Positions 30,379-39,587 of a stretch of DNA of 64,000 nt are shown here, in pieces. This stretch comes from Gemmatimonadaceae bacterium (GTDB lineage Bacteria; Gemmatimonadota; Gemmatimonadetes; Gemmatimonadales; Gemmatimonadaceae). The position numbers were made by a program, and so were the translations under genes. Below the pieces are notes generated by a model. That model was not told the origin of the DNA and made no database searches. It worked only from the letters and a program-made list of their open reading frames with translations. The stretch spans positions 21,562 through 85,561 of the forward strand of contig JBGAJQ010000015.1 of the NCBI GenBank assembly GCA_044224875.1, given 5' to 3'. Numbering within the stretch: the first letter of the stretch is position 1; each line of letters starts with the position of its first letter.

Positions 30379-31941
30379 ATGCGACGCCACACCTGGAAGG
30401 TTCATGCCCTGATGTTCGTGCTGTTGTGCCTGCCGGTGGCGGGTGCAGTGGAGGGGCAATCGCGTGCCAAGGCGCGGCCGCCGGCGGCGCCAGACCTGTC
30501 CGCCTTCGATGCGTATGTCGCGCAGGGTGTGAAGGACTGGGGCATTCCAGGGCTCGCTGTCGCCATCGTCAAGGATGACTCCGTGGTGTTCGCCAAGGGC
30601 TACGGCGTACGACGACTGGGTGGAGCCGAACCAGTGAACGAGCACACGTTGTTTGCCATCGGTTCCACCACCAAGGCCATGACGGCGGCATCCCTCGGGA
30701 TGATGGTGGACGAGGGCAAGGTTCGCTGGGACGAGCCAGTCCTCACGTACCTCCCATCTTTGCAGCTGTACGATCCCGTGATGACGCGCGAACTGACCGT
30801 GCGCGACCTCCTCACGCACCACAGTGGCCTGCCGGGGACGGACCTCTTGTGGGCCGGTGGCGATTTCTCGACGCAGGAGATCCTGCGCCGCATGCGATTC
30901 GTCAAACCGTTCACGTCCTTCCGGAACGGCTACTCGTACATGAACGTGCAGTATGCCATGGCGGGCGAAGTGCTCCGCGCGTCCAGTGGGACGCCATGGG
31001 GTGAATTCGTGTCGCAACGGATCTTCGCACCATTGGGCATGCGCGAGACGGTGCCGTCGCTGGCCGCCACCACGTCGATGCCCAACGTCGCCACGCCGCA
31101 CATGGTCATCCGCGACACGCTGCGCGTCATAGAGAACCGCCCGGTGGACCCCGTTGCGCCTGCCGGAGCGATCTGGTCGAGCGTGTCGGACATGGCCAAG
31201 TGGATGCGCTTTGTGCTCGATTCCGGCCGTGTGGGCGGCCGGCGCCTTCTCTCGGAGTCGACCTACCGCGAGTGGATGTCACCCCAGGTGATCGTGCCGC
31301 CCACGGACTTCTATCCCACCACACGGCTCACGCGGCCTCATTACACCGCCTATGGCCTGGGATGGTTCCTCCAGGACTACCGCGGTCAGGCGGTGTCCAT
31401 GCACACCGGCAGCATCGACGGCATGATTGCAATCCTCGGGTTGATCCCAGATCAACGGCTCGGCGTGTTCGTTCTTGCCAACCGCGATCACGCGGAACTG
31501 CGCCACGCCCTGATGTGGCGCGTGTTTGACCTGTACACCTCAGGGGCTGGGCGGGACTGGAGCCGGGACCTCAAGGCCCTCTACGACTCGCTGGCTGTGC
31601 GCGGGAAGGCCGCAGAAGAGGAGTTCAACGCCAGCCGCGTGGCCGGCACGCGCCCGTCCCTGCCGCTGGAGAAGTACGCGGGGACGTACGCGGACTCCTT
31701 GTTAGGCAGGGCCACGGTGGCATTGGAGAATGGCATGCTACGCATCCGCGCCGGCAAGGGATTTCAAGGTCGACTCGAGCACTGGCACTACGACACATTC
31801 AAGGCCGTCTGGGACGACGAACGGTCAGGGACCAGTCTGGTGACATTCTCCGTGGATGCCACCGGTAGCGTGACCGAGGTGCGCGCCGACCTCGGGGGCA
31901 CCATCGTATTCTCGCGCGTACCTGAGCCATCAAGCCGATGA
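30379..31941 (+). CDS. Serine hydrolase (beta-lactamase family) with DUF3471-like C-terminus
   Basis: STTK, YMN, HTG motifs; LEKYAGTY C-terminal domain; signal peptide. Confidence 0.88.
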   Translation: MRRHTWKVHALMFVLLCLPVAGAVEGQSRAKARPPAAPDLSAFDAYVAQGVKDWGIPGLAVAIVKDDSVVFAKGYGVRRLGGAEPVNEHTLFAIGSTTKAMTAASLGMMVDEGKVRWDEPVLTYLPSLQLYDPVMTRELTVRDLLTHHSGLPGTDLLWAGGDFSTQEILRRMRFVKPFTSFRNGYSYMNVQYAMAGEVLRASSGTPWGEFVSQRIFAPLGMRETVPSLAATTSMPNVATPHMVIRDTLRVIENRPVDPVAPAGAIWSSVSDMAKWMRFVLDSGRVGGRRLLSESTYREWMSPQVIVPPTDFYPTTRLTRPHYTAYGLGWFLQDYRGQAVSMHTGSIDGMIAILGLIPDQRLGVFVLANRDHAELRHALMWRVFDLYTSGAGRDWSRDLKALYDSLAVRGKAAEEEFNASRVAGTRPSLPLEKYAGTYADSLLGRATVALENGMLRIRAGKGFQGRLEHWHYDTFKAVWDDERSGTSLVTFSVDATGSVTEVRADLGGTIVFSRVPEPSSR

Positions 31942-32573
31942 CACGCCGTGTGCCGCGTGGGCAGTGGCAGATAGCGCTTGCCGCCCTGGCACCCGTCGCC
32001 ATGCTGCGTGCTCAGGACGTGGAGCGGGGGGTGCCTTTCGATCGGACGCCGACCGCGACCGTTGCCTTCGCGGCGCCTAACGCCCGCCTGAGTGCACCGT
32101 TGTCGACTCCGACACCACGCATGGCGGTACGTGGTGCGGTCGCCGACACAACCCTTCGCGAGGCGGAAGCCGCGATCCGGGCCGCACGCGCCCGTTCGAA
32201 CGCCGCCATTGCCCGGCACGATACGTCGGCCATCGCCGCCGAGTGGATGCCCGACGTGCATGGGGTGAGTTCGGCCGGGTTGCAGCTGAGCGGACGGGCC
32301 GAGAATGCACGCGCCCTGCAAGCCCAGTTCGTCGATCGCCCCGACGTGGTCTACGTCCGCACGCCCGATTCCCTGCAGGTCTACAGCCCGTGGGGCATGG
32401 CGGCTGAGTTCGGCCACTGGCAAGGCTCGTGGACGCTGGGTGACCGCAAGATCGAAATCGGCGGGCCCTACTTTGGCAAATGGCAGCGCGTCGATGGGCG
32501 CTGGCTGATCCAGGCCGAGGTCTTTGTTCCGGGCTGGTGTCGAGGCGGTCCGTTCTGCGAGAGGAAACCCTAG
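31938..32573 (+). CDS. NTF2-like (DUF4440) secreted protein
   Basis: NAAIARHD, GKWQRVDGRWLI pattern. Confidence 0.7.
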   Translation: MTRRVPRGQWQIALAALAPVAMLRAQDVERGVPFDRTPTATVAFAAPNARLSAPLSTPTPRMAVRGAVADTTLREAEAAIRAARARSNAAIARHDTSAIAAEWMPDVHGVSSAGLQLSGRAENARALQAQFVDRPDVVYVRTPDSLQVYSPWGMAAEFGHWQGSWTLGDRKIEIGGPYFGKWQRVDGRWLIQAEVFVPGWCRGGPFCERKP

Positions 32574-32611
32574 TCGAGCGCTCGCTCGTTCGCGTCGCAT
32601 GTCCCCGACCC

Positions 32612-32656
32612 TTGCGTGAGCGAAGCTGCATACTAAGATTTAGTGGCACCTAAATC
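32612..32656 (+). promoter_or_regulatory. Putative mntH promoter with overlapping MntR/DtxR-type operator
   Basis: TTGCGT-N16-TAAGAT; palindrome GATTTAG-tggcac-CTAAATC at 32637-32656 overlaps the -10. Confidence 0.7.
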
Positions 32657-32715
32657 ATGTGTTACGCTCTGCAAAAGCCGCTCGTCGGGTTTCCAGAACG
32701 AGCCGCTCCCTGAAC

Positions 32716-34092
32716 ATGCCTCCCATCGCACAGGTCGAACCAAAACCAACCGCGCCCCCCGGCGATCCCGATCCGGGATGGCGGCGCGCGCGGGTAACGC
32801 CAAGCCTCGCCGAGGTCTATCGAACGATTCCGGTGAGCAACCTGAGCTGGTGGCGAAAGATCTTCGCGTTCGCCGGACCAGGCTATCTGGTCGCCGTCGG
32901 CTACATGGATCCCGGAAACTGGGCCACCGACCTCGCCGGCGGATCGAAGTTCGGCTACACGTTGCTGTCCGTGATCCTGATGTCCAACCTGATGGCGGTA
33001 CTGCTTCAGGGGTTGGCCAGCAAGCTGGGCATCGTCACGGGACGCGACCTCGCGCAGGCGTGTCGCGATCACTACTCGCGACCGGTCTCCTTTGCGCTGT
33101 GGATCCTGTGCGAAATCGCCATCGCGGCGTGCGACCTGGCGGAGGTGATCGGGACGGCCATCGCCCTCGAATTGTTGTTTGGCATCCCCATCGCGTGGGG
33201 GGTCTGCATCACGGCCTTGGACGTGCTGGTGGTGCTCTACCTCCAGAACAAGGGATTCCGGCTGCTGGAAGCCCTCGTGATCGCCCTGGTGGCAACGGTC
33301 GGCCTGTGCTTCCTGTTTGAGCTGGTGGTGTCCAAGCCCGACATCGGCGGTGTGCTGCGTGGGTTCGTGCCAAACCCGGAGATCGTCCGGAATCGCGAGA
33401 TGCTCTACATCGCCATCGGCATCCTCGGCGCAACGGTGATGCCGCACAATCTCTACCTGCACTCGTCCATCGTGCAGACGCGAAAGTACGACGAGTCGGC
33501 GGACGGCAAGCGCGAAGCCGTGCGATACGCGTTCATCGATTCCACCATCGCGCTCTCGATCGCGCTGTTCATCAATGCGTCCATCCTCGTCGTGGCTGCC
33601 GCCACGTTCAACACCACGGGAAACACGTCGGTCGCCGAGATTCAGGACGCCTACCAGCTCCTCACACCGTTGCTGGGGGTGAAGATCGCCAGCGGCGTGT
33701 TCGCCTTGGCGCTACTCGCCTCCGGGCAGAATTCCACGCTCACCGGGACGCTGGCGGGACAGATCGTCATGGAGGGATTCATCCACATCCGCCTGCGTCC
33801 GTGGGTGCGGCGATTGATCACCCGTGGCATTGCCATTGTGCCGGCCGCGATCGTTGCCATCTTGTACGGCGACAGTGGCACGGCCCAACTGCTGATCCTG
33901 AGTCAGGTAGTGCTGAGCTTGCAGTTGTCCTTTGCCGTTTTTCCCTTGGTCCATTTCACCTCTGACCGGTTGAAGATGGGGACGTTCGTGAATCCACGGT
34001 GGTTGAAGCTGCTGGCGTACAGCGTGGCGCTGGTGATTGCGTCGCTTAACGCCTGGCTGCTGATCCAGACGTTCCGGGGGTGGATGTCCTGA
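32716..34092 (+). CDS. mntH: Nramp family divalent metal (Mn2+) transporter
   Basis: [36 protein letters not shown]. Confidence 0.95.
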   Translation: MPPIAQVEPKPTAPPGDPDPGWRRARVTPSLAEVYRTIPVSNLSWWRKIFAFAGPGYLVAVGYMDPGNWATDLAGGSKFGYTLLSVILMSNLMAVLLQGLASKLGIVTGRDLAQACRDHYSRPVSFALWILCEIAIAACDLAEVIGTAIALELLFGIPIAWGVCITALDVLVVLYLQNKGFRLLEALVIALVATVGLCFLFELVVSKPDIGGVLRGFVPNPEIVRNREMLYIAIGILGATVMPHNLYLHSSIVQTRKYDESADGKREAVRYAFIDSTIALSIALFINASILVVAAATFNTTGNTSVAEIQDAYQLLTPLLGVKIASGVFALALLASGQNSTLTGTLAGQIVMEGFIHIRLRPWVRRLITRGIAIVPAAIVAILYGDSGTAQLLILSQVVLSLQLSFAVFPLVHFTSDRLKMGTFVNPRWLKLLAYSVALVIASLNAWLLIQTFRGWMS

Positions 34093-34541
34093 TGTACCAA
34101 CGCATCCTGGTGCCGCTAGAGCACACCGGTACGGACGCGACGATCGTGGAACATGTGCGGAACCTGGCCCGCTTTTCCGGCGCGTCGGTGATCCTCATGC
34201 ACGTGGCCGACGGATGGGCGGCGAGGAACATTCGCCACCTGGACCTGCGCGAGTCCGAGGAAATGAAGGACGACCGCGCGTACCTGGAGCGCCTCGCTGC
34301 GGACTTCAACCGCGACGGTTTGAAGGCCGAAGCCCTGCTGGCCACCGGCGATCCGGCTGCGGAGATCGCACTGGCGGCGCAGCGCGAGCATTGCGACCTG
34401 ATCGCCATGGCCACCCACGGCCACAAACTGATCGGGGACGTTGTCTACGGAAGCGTGGCGAACACGGTCCGGCATACGAGCATGGTCCCAGTGCTGCTCG
34501 TGCGGTCGCCGGCCGACGTGCAAAAGCAGGCCGCACCATGA
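34092..34541 (+). CDS. Universal stress protein
   Basis: [22 protein letters not shown]......PVLLV; TGATG coupling to mntH. Confidence 0.9.
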   Translation: MYQRILVPLEHTGTDATIVEHVRNLARFSGASVILMHVADGWAARNIRHLDLRESEEMKDDRAYLERLAADFNRDGLKAEALLATGDPAAEIALAAQREHCDLIAMATHGHKLIGDVVYGSVANTVRHTSMVPVLLVRSPADVQKQAAP

Positions 34542-35263
34542 CGCCCGTTCGCAAGACCGCCCGCAAGACGCCCCTGCGACCGCCGGTTCCGGCTCGTACG
34601 ATGGAGCTGACGGAGCCGGTGGAGGACTATCTCAAGGCCATTTACGACATCGGCCGGGAGGGTTCGGCCGCGGCAACCAACGACATCGCGCAGCGCCTGC
34701 AGATCGCGCCGGCGTCGGTGTCCGGCATGGTGCGGCGCCTCGCGGAGCAGGGCCTGCTGAACTACGAGAAGTACCGCGGTGTCCGCTTGACCGACGCTGG
34801 ACGTCGCGCCGCCCTGCGCACCATCCGTCGGCACCGCGTGATCGCGGGTTACCTCGTCCGGGCGCTGGTATACTGCTGGTACTCGGTGCACGCGGCGGCC
34901 CAACGACTCGAGCACGCAGCGACGGACGACCTGATCGACCGGATGGCGAAGGCCATCGGCGAACCGCGCACCGATCCGCATGGCGCGCCGATTCCCACAC
35001 GCGACGGTCGTGTGGATGAAGGCCGGCACCGGCGGCTGTCGGATATGCAGCCTGGCCAGCGGGCGCGGATTACCCGGGTCGGCGATGAGGATCCGGAACT
35101 CCTCCGCTACATCGGCTCGTTAGGCCTGCGACCCGGTGTGGTCATGACGCTGGACGACCGCGCGCCCTTCGCTGGCCCGCTCACCCTCCGTGTCGGAACA
35201 CGGGTTTGCCAGGTCGGCGTTGCCCTTGCCGAGCGCGTGTTTGTCGAGCTGATGGCCGACTAG
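34538..35263 (+). CDS. mntR: DtxR/MntR family metal-dependent repressor with C-terminal FeoA domain
   Basis: EDYLKAIY, RRHR, LEH, DPHGAPIP, FeoA-like tail; metal-site helix atypical (see findings). Confidence 0.88.
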   Translation: MTPVRKTARKTPLRPPVPARTMELTEPVEDYLKAIYDIGREGSAAATNDIAQRLQIAPASVSGMVRRLAEQGLLNYEKYRGVRLTDAGRRAALRTIRRHRVIAGYLVRALVYCWYSVHAAAQRLEHAATDDLIDRMAKAIGEPRTDPHGAPIPTRDGRVDEGRHRRLSDMQPGQRARITRVGDEDPELLRYIGSLGLRPGVVMTLDDRAPFAGPLTLRVGTRVCQVGVALAERVFVELMAD

Positions 35264-35270
35264 CGGTTCG

Positions 35271-35621
35271 CTACTCCCGACTCCGGGCGGCCACAAAAGC
35301 CACGCCAGCTGCAACAACCAGCACCACGGCACCAATGATCAACCATGGTGCCTGCTGCAGGGGGAGGCGCGTCCGTGGGTTCACGCCAAGCGCGACCAGA
35401 CCGGCCACCGCCATCGCCGCGGCGACGAGCGCCACCAGGCGCACCACGGTGGGAGCGCTCAACCCCGGCGACAGGTGCTGCGTGGCGGCCGCTAGCGCGG
35501 TTTGAACATCGGCGTCGGACGTCTTGGGATGCTCACTCCGGTATCGCTTGACGGTCGCCACGACATGCTCGGCGAGATCGCGCGATGCCCGAGTGGAATG
35601 CTCGCTGTGCATCACGACCAT
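35271..35621 (-). CDS. Small hypothetical membrane protein
   Basis: Two hydrophobic helices; last gene of a minus-strand run. Confidence 0.55.
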   Translation of the reverse strand: MVVMHSEHSTRASRDLAEHVVATVKRYRSEHPKTSDADVQTALAAATQHLSPGLSAPTVVRLVALVAAAMAVAGLVALGVNPRTRLPLQQAPWLIIGAVVLVVAAGVAFVAARSRE

Positions 35622-35642
35622 GGGAGTCTCACGGGTTCGGGA

Positions 35643-35861
35643 TCAGGTCTGCTCATCGGGGGTGCTGCCCGGCATCGGACGGTCCGAAGGAGTCGCGTTA
35701 GGCTCTCGAGCGGCACGATCGCGCCCTCCCTCGCGGAGCGCGCGCCGCAACAGGAACTCGATCTGCCCGTTCAGGCTGCGCAGGTCGTCATTCGCCCAAC
35801 GTTGGAGGGCATCGAGCAACTCGCGGTCGACACGCAGCAGGAAGGGTTTCCGCTCAGACAT
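35643..35861 (-). CDS. Ribbon-helix-helix (Arc-like) DNA-binding protein
   Basis: RKPFLLRVD...WA.DDLRSLNGQIEFLL, typical of SPFH-associated RHH proteins. Confidence 0.8.
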   Translation of the reverse strand: MSERKPFLLRVDRELLDALQRWANDDLRSLNGQIEFLLRRALREGGRDRAAREPNATPSDRPMPGSTPDEQT

Positions 35862-36447
35862 CGGTCTGCGCGCCCCCACGTGGTCGGCGTGCCGGAATCC
35901 AGCGATGCACCTGGCGGCAGTACGCGGCGTAGGACGGCCCAAACCGCCGCGTCAGCGCCGGCTCTTCATACAGCCGCACGAAGGCGTGAAACGCCGCGGC
36001 GAGGCCGATCGCATACCAGACGAGGTCGCGCGACAGGTAGTAGACGGCCCAGCCGATCACCATCAAGAGCACGCCGACGTACATGGGGTTGCGGACGTAG
36101 CGGTAGAGACCGCGCACCACCAGCCGAACTGGCGCGTCGATTGGTGCCGGTGTTCCCCTGCCGAATGTCATGAAGTCCCACGCGCACCACAGGTACGTGG
36201 CCCCGCCGCAGAGCAGTGGGAGCGCTGCGGCAGCGCGCCACACGAGGTCAGCTGGCCCAACACCGGTTCGTGCCGCCAGGTAGCGCGGTACGAACGTCCC
36301 AATCGTGGCGGGCGCCACGATCGTGAACAACGTGGTCTTGAGCAGGAGCCACAGAGTGGGCAGGGTATCGGCATTCGTCCGCGCGCGATGCGTCATGGGA
36401 GACGACGCGTGCCGCCCGAGGCCTGGCGGCACGCGTCCACCACTCAC
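35854..36447 (-). CDS. Isoprenylcysteine carboxylmethyltransferase (ICMT/PEMT) family membrane protein
   Basis: [26 protein letters not shown]. Confidence 0.85.
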   Translation of the reverse strand: MSGGRVPPGLGRHASSPMTHRARTNADTLPTLWLLLKTTLFTIVAPATIGTFVPRYLAARTGVGPADLVWRAAAALPLLCGGATYLWCAWDFMTFGRGTPAPIDAPVRLVVRGLYRYVRNPMYVGVLLMVIGWAVYYLSRDLVWYAIGLAAAFHAFVRLYEEPALTRRFGPSYAAYCRQVHRWIPARRPRGGAQTDV

Positions 36448-37313
36448 TGGTAGATGGTACCTGCGTTCACGACCGGGGTGGCGTCACGATCGGAGCAAAG
36501 CACGACCAACAAGTTGCTCACCATGGCTGCCTTGCGCTCCTCATCCAGCTGCACCAGGGAGCGTTCGGAAATCATGGACAGGGCCATCTCTACCATGCCC
36601 ACAGCACCCTCGACGATCTTGGCGCGTGCCGCGATGATCGCTGCAGCCTGCTGGCGTCGCAACATGGCCGAGGCAATTTCCGGGGCATACGCGAGGTGCG
36701 CGATACGGGCCTCGATCACTTCCACACCGGCCTTGGCCAGTCGTTCGTGGATCGCCAGCTGCAAACCCTGGGCGATTTCTACTGGGTTGGTGCTCAATGC
36801 CACCTCCCCTTCCTTGTGCGAATCGTAGGGATACGTCTGTGCCAGAGACCGCACCGCGGACTCGCTCTGCATCTGGACGTACGCCGAGTAGTCGTCCACC
36901 TCGAACAAGGCCTCGGCGGTGTCCACCACCTTCCAGACGACGATCGCACCGATCTCGATCGGGTTGGAATGCGAATCGTTCACCTTGAGCTTGGTCGTCT
37001 CGAAGTTGCGCACCCGAAGCGACACGCGACGCTTGGAGTAGAACGGATTCGCCCACCAAAGTCCGGGGTCGCGCACCGTTCCCACATACTTCCCGAAGAG
37101 CGTCAGGACCTTCGCATCGTTCGGGCTTACGGTGAACAGGCCGGCCAAGCCCAATGCCAGCAGCACCATGGCAACCAGCATAGAGACCGCCAGCACCGTC
37201 GATTGCACCTGCAGTCCGTGCACGAACCGCTCGCCAGCGAGGGCGAGCAGCACCAGCAAGACTACCAGCATCAGGAGGCCATTGGTGGCCGTGCGGCGAA
37301 TTTCGCGGAACAT
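36444..37313 (-). CDS. SPFH (band 7) domain membrane protein
   Basis: LKVND...[32 protein letters not shown]. Confidence 0.9.
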   Translation of the reverse strand: MFREIRRTATNGLLMLVVLLVLLALAGERFVHGLQVQSTVLAVSMLVAMVLLALGLAGLFTVSPNDAKVLTLFGKYVGTVRDPGLWWANPFYSKRRVSLRVRNFETTKLKVNDSHSNPIEIGAIVVWKVVDTAEALFEVDDYSAYVQMQSESAVRSLAQTYPYDSHKEGEVALSTNPVEIAQGLQLAIHERLAKAGVEVIEARIAHLAYAPEIASAMLRRQQAAAIIAARAKIVEGAVGMVEMALSMISERSLVQLDEERKAAMVSNLLVVLCSDRDATPVVNAGTIYQ

Positions 37314-37340
37314 GGATCAGCTCCGAATAGTCGAGTGAGG

Positions 37341-37364
37341 TATCAGAATGATATCACTTTGATA
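37341..37364. promoter_or_regulatory. Palindromic operator upstream of SPFH-ICMT-RHH operon
   Basis: TATCA-gaa-TGATATCA-ctt-TGATA, AT-rich nested palindrome. Confidence 0.6.
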
Positions 37365-37485
37365 TGTGCACGCAAGGGGGGACTAGGAGCCGAAGCCGCT
37401 GCCAGAGTTCGTGGCGCGATACCTGCTCGCAACCCTCCGCAGGGCAGTCACTTGACACTCACACCCTTGGTGCTCGATTCAGCGA

Positions 37486-38295
37486 ATGACCGCGGCACTT
37501 CGACTTGGCACTCAGGGCTGGAACTACGACGCGTGGGTTGGTCCCTTCTATCCAGAGGGCACCCGACCGACCGACTACCTCACCGTCTTTGCTCGCGCGT
37601 TCGACACGGTGGAAGTGGACTCGACGTTCTACGCGATTCCGCCGGCGAAGACGATACGAGCCTGGGGAGACCGTGTGCCGGCGGGGTTCACGTTTGCCCT
37701 CAAGCTGCCGCAGGAAATCACGCACGAGAACCGCCTGCGCCACTCCGACGACTTGTTGAAGCTGTTCTTCGAGCGTGCCCGTGAATTGGGAGAGAAGCTG
37801 GGACCGGTGCTGGTGCAGCTCGGACCAGACTTTTCGCCGTCTGAGCTGCCGGCGCTCGCTGGATTCCTGCCGAAGTTGCCGCGGGACGCCCAGGTCGCGA
37901 TCGAGTTTCGCCAGCGCGCGTGGATCCATGAAGGAGTGATCGCCCTGCTCGCGGAACACGGAGTGGCGCTCGCCCTCACCGATGCACGGTGGATTCCGCG
38001 AAAGGCGATGTTGGCGCTCGCCGAACGACCCACCGCGGACTTTGCCTACGTGCGGTGGATGGGCCCAAACCGCGACATCGTGGACTACTCGCGCACACAG
38101 GTCGATCGTACGCGCGAGATCGACGCGTGGGTCAAGGTCCTCCCGCTGTTGGCAAAACGCGTCCAGACGGTCTATGGCTACGCGAATAACCATTTCGCCG
38201 GTCACAGTCCGGCTACCGTCCGCGAGCTGCAACACAAGCTGGGCATGCCGGTCGTCGAGCCAAACCAGCTCGGCGAACAGATGTCACTGTTTTGA
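37486..38295 (+). CDS. DUF72 family protein
   Basis: GTQGWNY..W...FYP, VEVDSTFY.IP, KLP..ITH, NNHF.GH. Confidence 0.92.
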   Translation: MTAALRLGTQGWNYDAWVGPFYPEGTRPTDYLTVFARAFDTVEVDSTFYAIPPAKTIRAWGDRVPAGFTFALKLPQEITHENRLRHSDDLLKLFFERARELGEKLGPVLVQLGPDFSPSELPALAGFLPKLPRDAQVAIEFRQRAWIHEGVIALLAEHGVALALTDARWIPRKAMLALAERPTADFAYVRWMGPNRDIVDYSRTQVDRTREIDAWVKVLPLLAKRVQTVYGYANNHFAGHSPATVRELQHKLGMPVVEPNQLGEQMSLF

Positions 38296-38666
38296 ACGCC
38301 ATGCGTGCAGCGCGTCGCCTCCCAGACGTCGTCGTCTTCACCGCGTTGGCCGTGGCGTGCACGTGCCTGTCGTTCGGTGCACTCAGCCTTGGACGCGGGC
38401 TTGTCGTGAGTCACGCGACCGCTGCGCTGCGGAGCGCGTTGGTGCGTGAGAGCGACCTGCTGGCTGAGGGCCCTGTCAGCCAGGTGTTGCACAGCACCGG
38501 CTGTCACGAGTCCGAGCCCGGCGCCACAGCGCACCGCTCGTGCGTATTCCTCTCGGCCGTGGACCGCGATTCGATTCGGGTGGCGTTGCGATTGGAGCCG
38601 AGGAGCCGACTCTTGCTGCCCGACTCCGCCGTCTTCATGCTGCCCTCGCCGTCGCCGTCCAACTGA
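38292..38666 (+). CDS. Hypothetical protein
   Basis: ORF overlapping the DUF72 stop; N-terminal hydrophobic stretch; no recognised motif. Confidence 0.4.
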   Translation: MNAMRAARRLPDVVVFTALAVACTCLSFGALSLGRGLVVSHATAALRSALVRESDLLAEGPVSQVLHSTGCHESEPGATAHRSCVFLSAVDRDSIRVALRLEPRSRLLLPDSAVFMLPSPSPSN

Positions 38667-38777
38667 CTTTGCCATAGAACCGCTCGTCGAACCCGGTCTG
38701 ATCCTTCAGATCGATCGCGGTCCATGATCATGTGCCGAGGCGCCGCGTATCTTTCGGCATACCTCACACCATGACGC

Positions 38778-39509
38778 ATGCCCGTTCCGCGCCGAACGAT
38801 TGGATTTGTCGTCTTCGCGATCGCCGTGTCGCTCGCCTGTCTCCGTTTGGGCGTGTGGCAATTGGCGCGACTGAAGGAGCGACGCGCGCATAACGCGGGC
38901 ATCGCCGCGCGGCTGGCACACCCCGCCGTACCATTCCCCACACTCAGCGGCGCACCCGACTCACTTCGTTACCGCTCCACGACGCTGGCTGGCCGTTTCG
39001 ATTACTCGCAGGAGTTGATCCTGACCGGACGAGCGCGAAGTGGCTCGCCCGGAGTGTTCTTGCTTACTCCCTTGCTGCGAGCAGGGACAGACACTGCGGT
39101 ACTGGTACTGCGCGGCTGGATCTATGCGGCCGACGGGAAAACGGTCGACCTCGCACAGTGGCACGAGGGGGACTCCGTCGCACTCGGCGGCTTTGTGGAG
39201 ACCTACAACAGGGCCACCGGAACCGCGTCTGTCCCAAACGCGCCGCGAGGGCTGCGTTTTGATGATCGCGACTCGCTGGCATCGCGTCTCCCGTACCCCA
39301 TCGCTGCCATGCTTGTTACCCAGACGAGCGACAGCGCGCAACGACAGGACCATCCGGCGCGCCTGAAGCTCCCCGCGCTCGACGATGGTCCGCACCAGAG
39401 CTACGCAATCCAGTGGTTCTCCTTCGCCGTAATTGCATGGGTGGGAATCGGTGCCGTGCTCATGAAGGCGAGGAAGTCCTCAACCGAAGTCCCCTCGCCG
39501 AGATCGTGA
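38778..39509 (+). CDS. SURF1 family protein
   Basis: LGVWQL.R..E, VLRGW, H.SYAIQWF. Confidence 0.9.
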   Translation: MPVPRRTIGFVVFAIAVSLACLRLGVWQLARLKERRAHNAGIAARLAHPAVPFPTLSGAPDSLRYRSTTLAGRFDYSQELILTGRARSGSPGVFLLTPLLRAGTDTAVLVLRGWIYAADGKTVDLAQWHEGDSVALGGFVETYNRATGTASVPNAPRGLRFDDRDSLASRLPYPIAAMLVTQTSDSAQRQDHPARLKLPALDDGPHQSYAIQWFSFAVIAWVGIGAVLMKARKSSTEVPSPRS

Positions 39510-39587
39510 CGGGAGTGTAAGACTCAGGACTGTGGGAAGCCTTGCGACCCACGCGTTCCGCACTGAAAGAAGCGAGCACAACGACCA

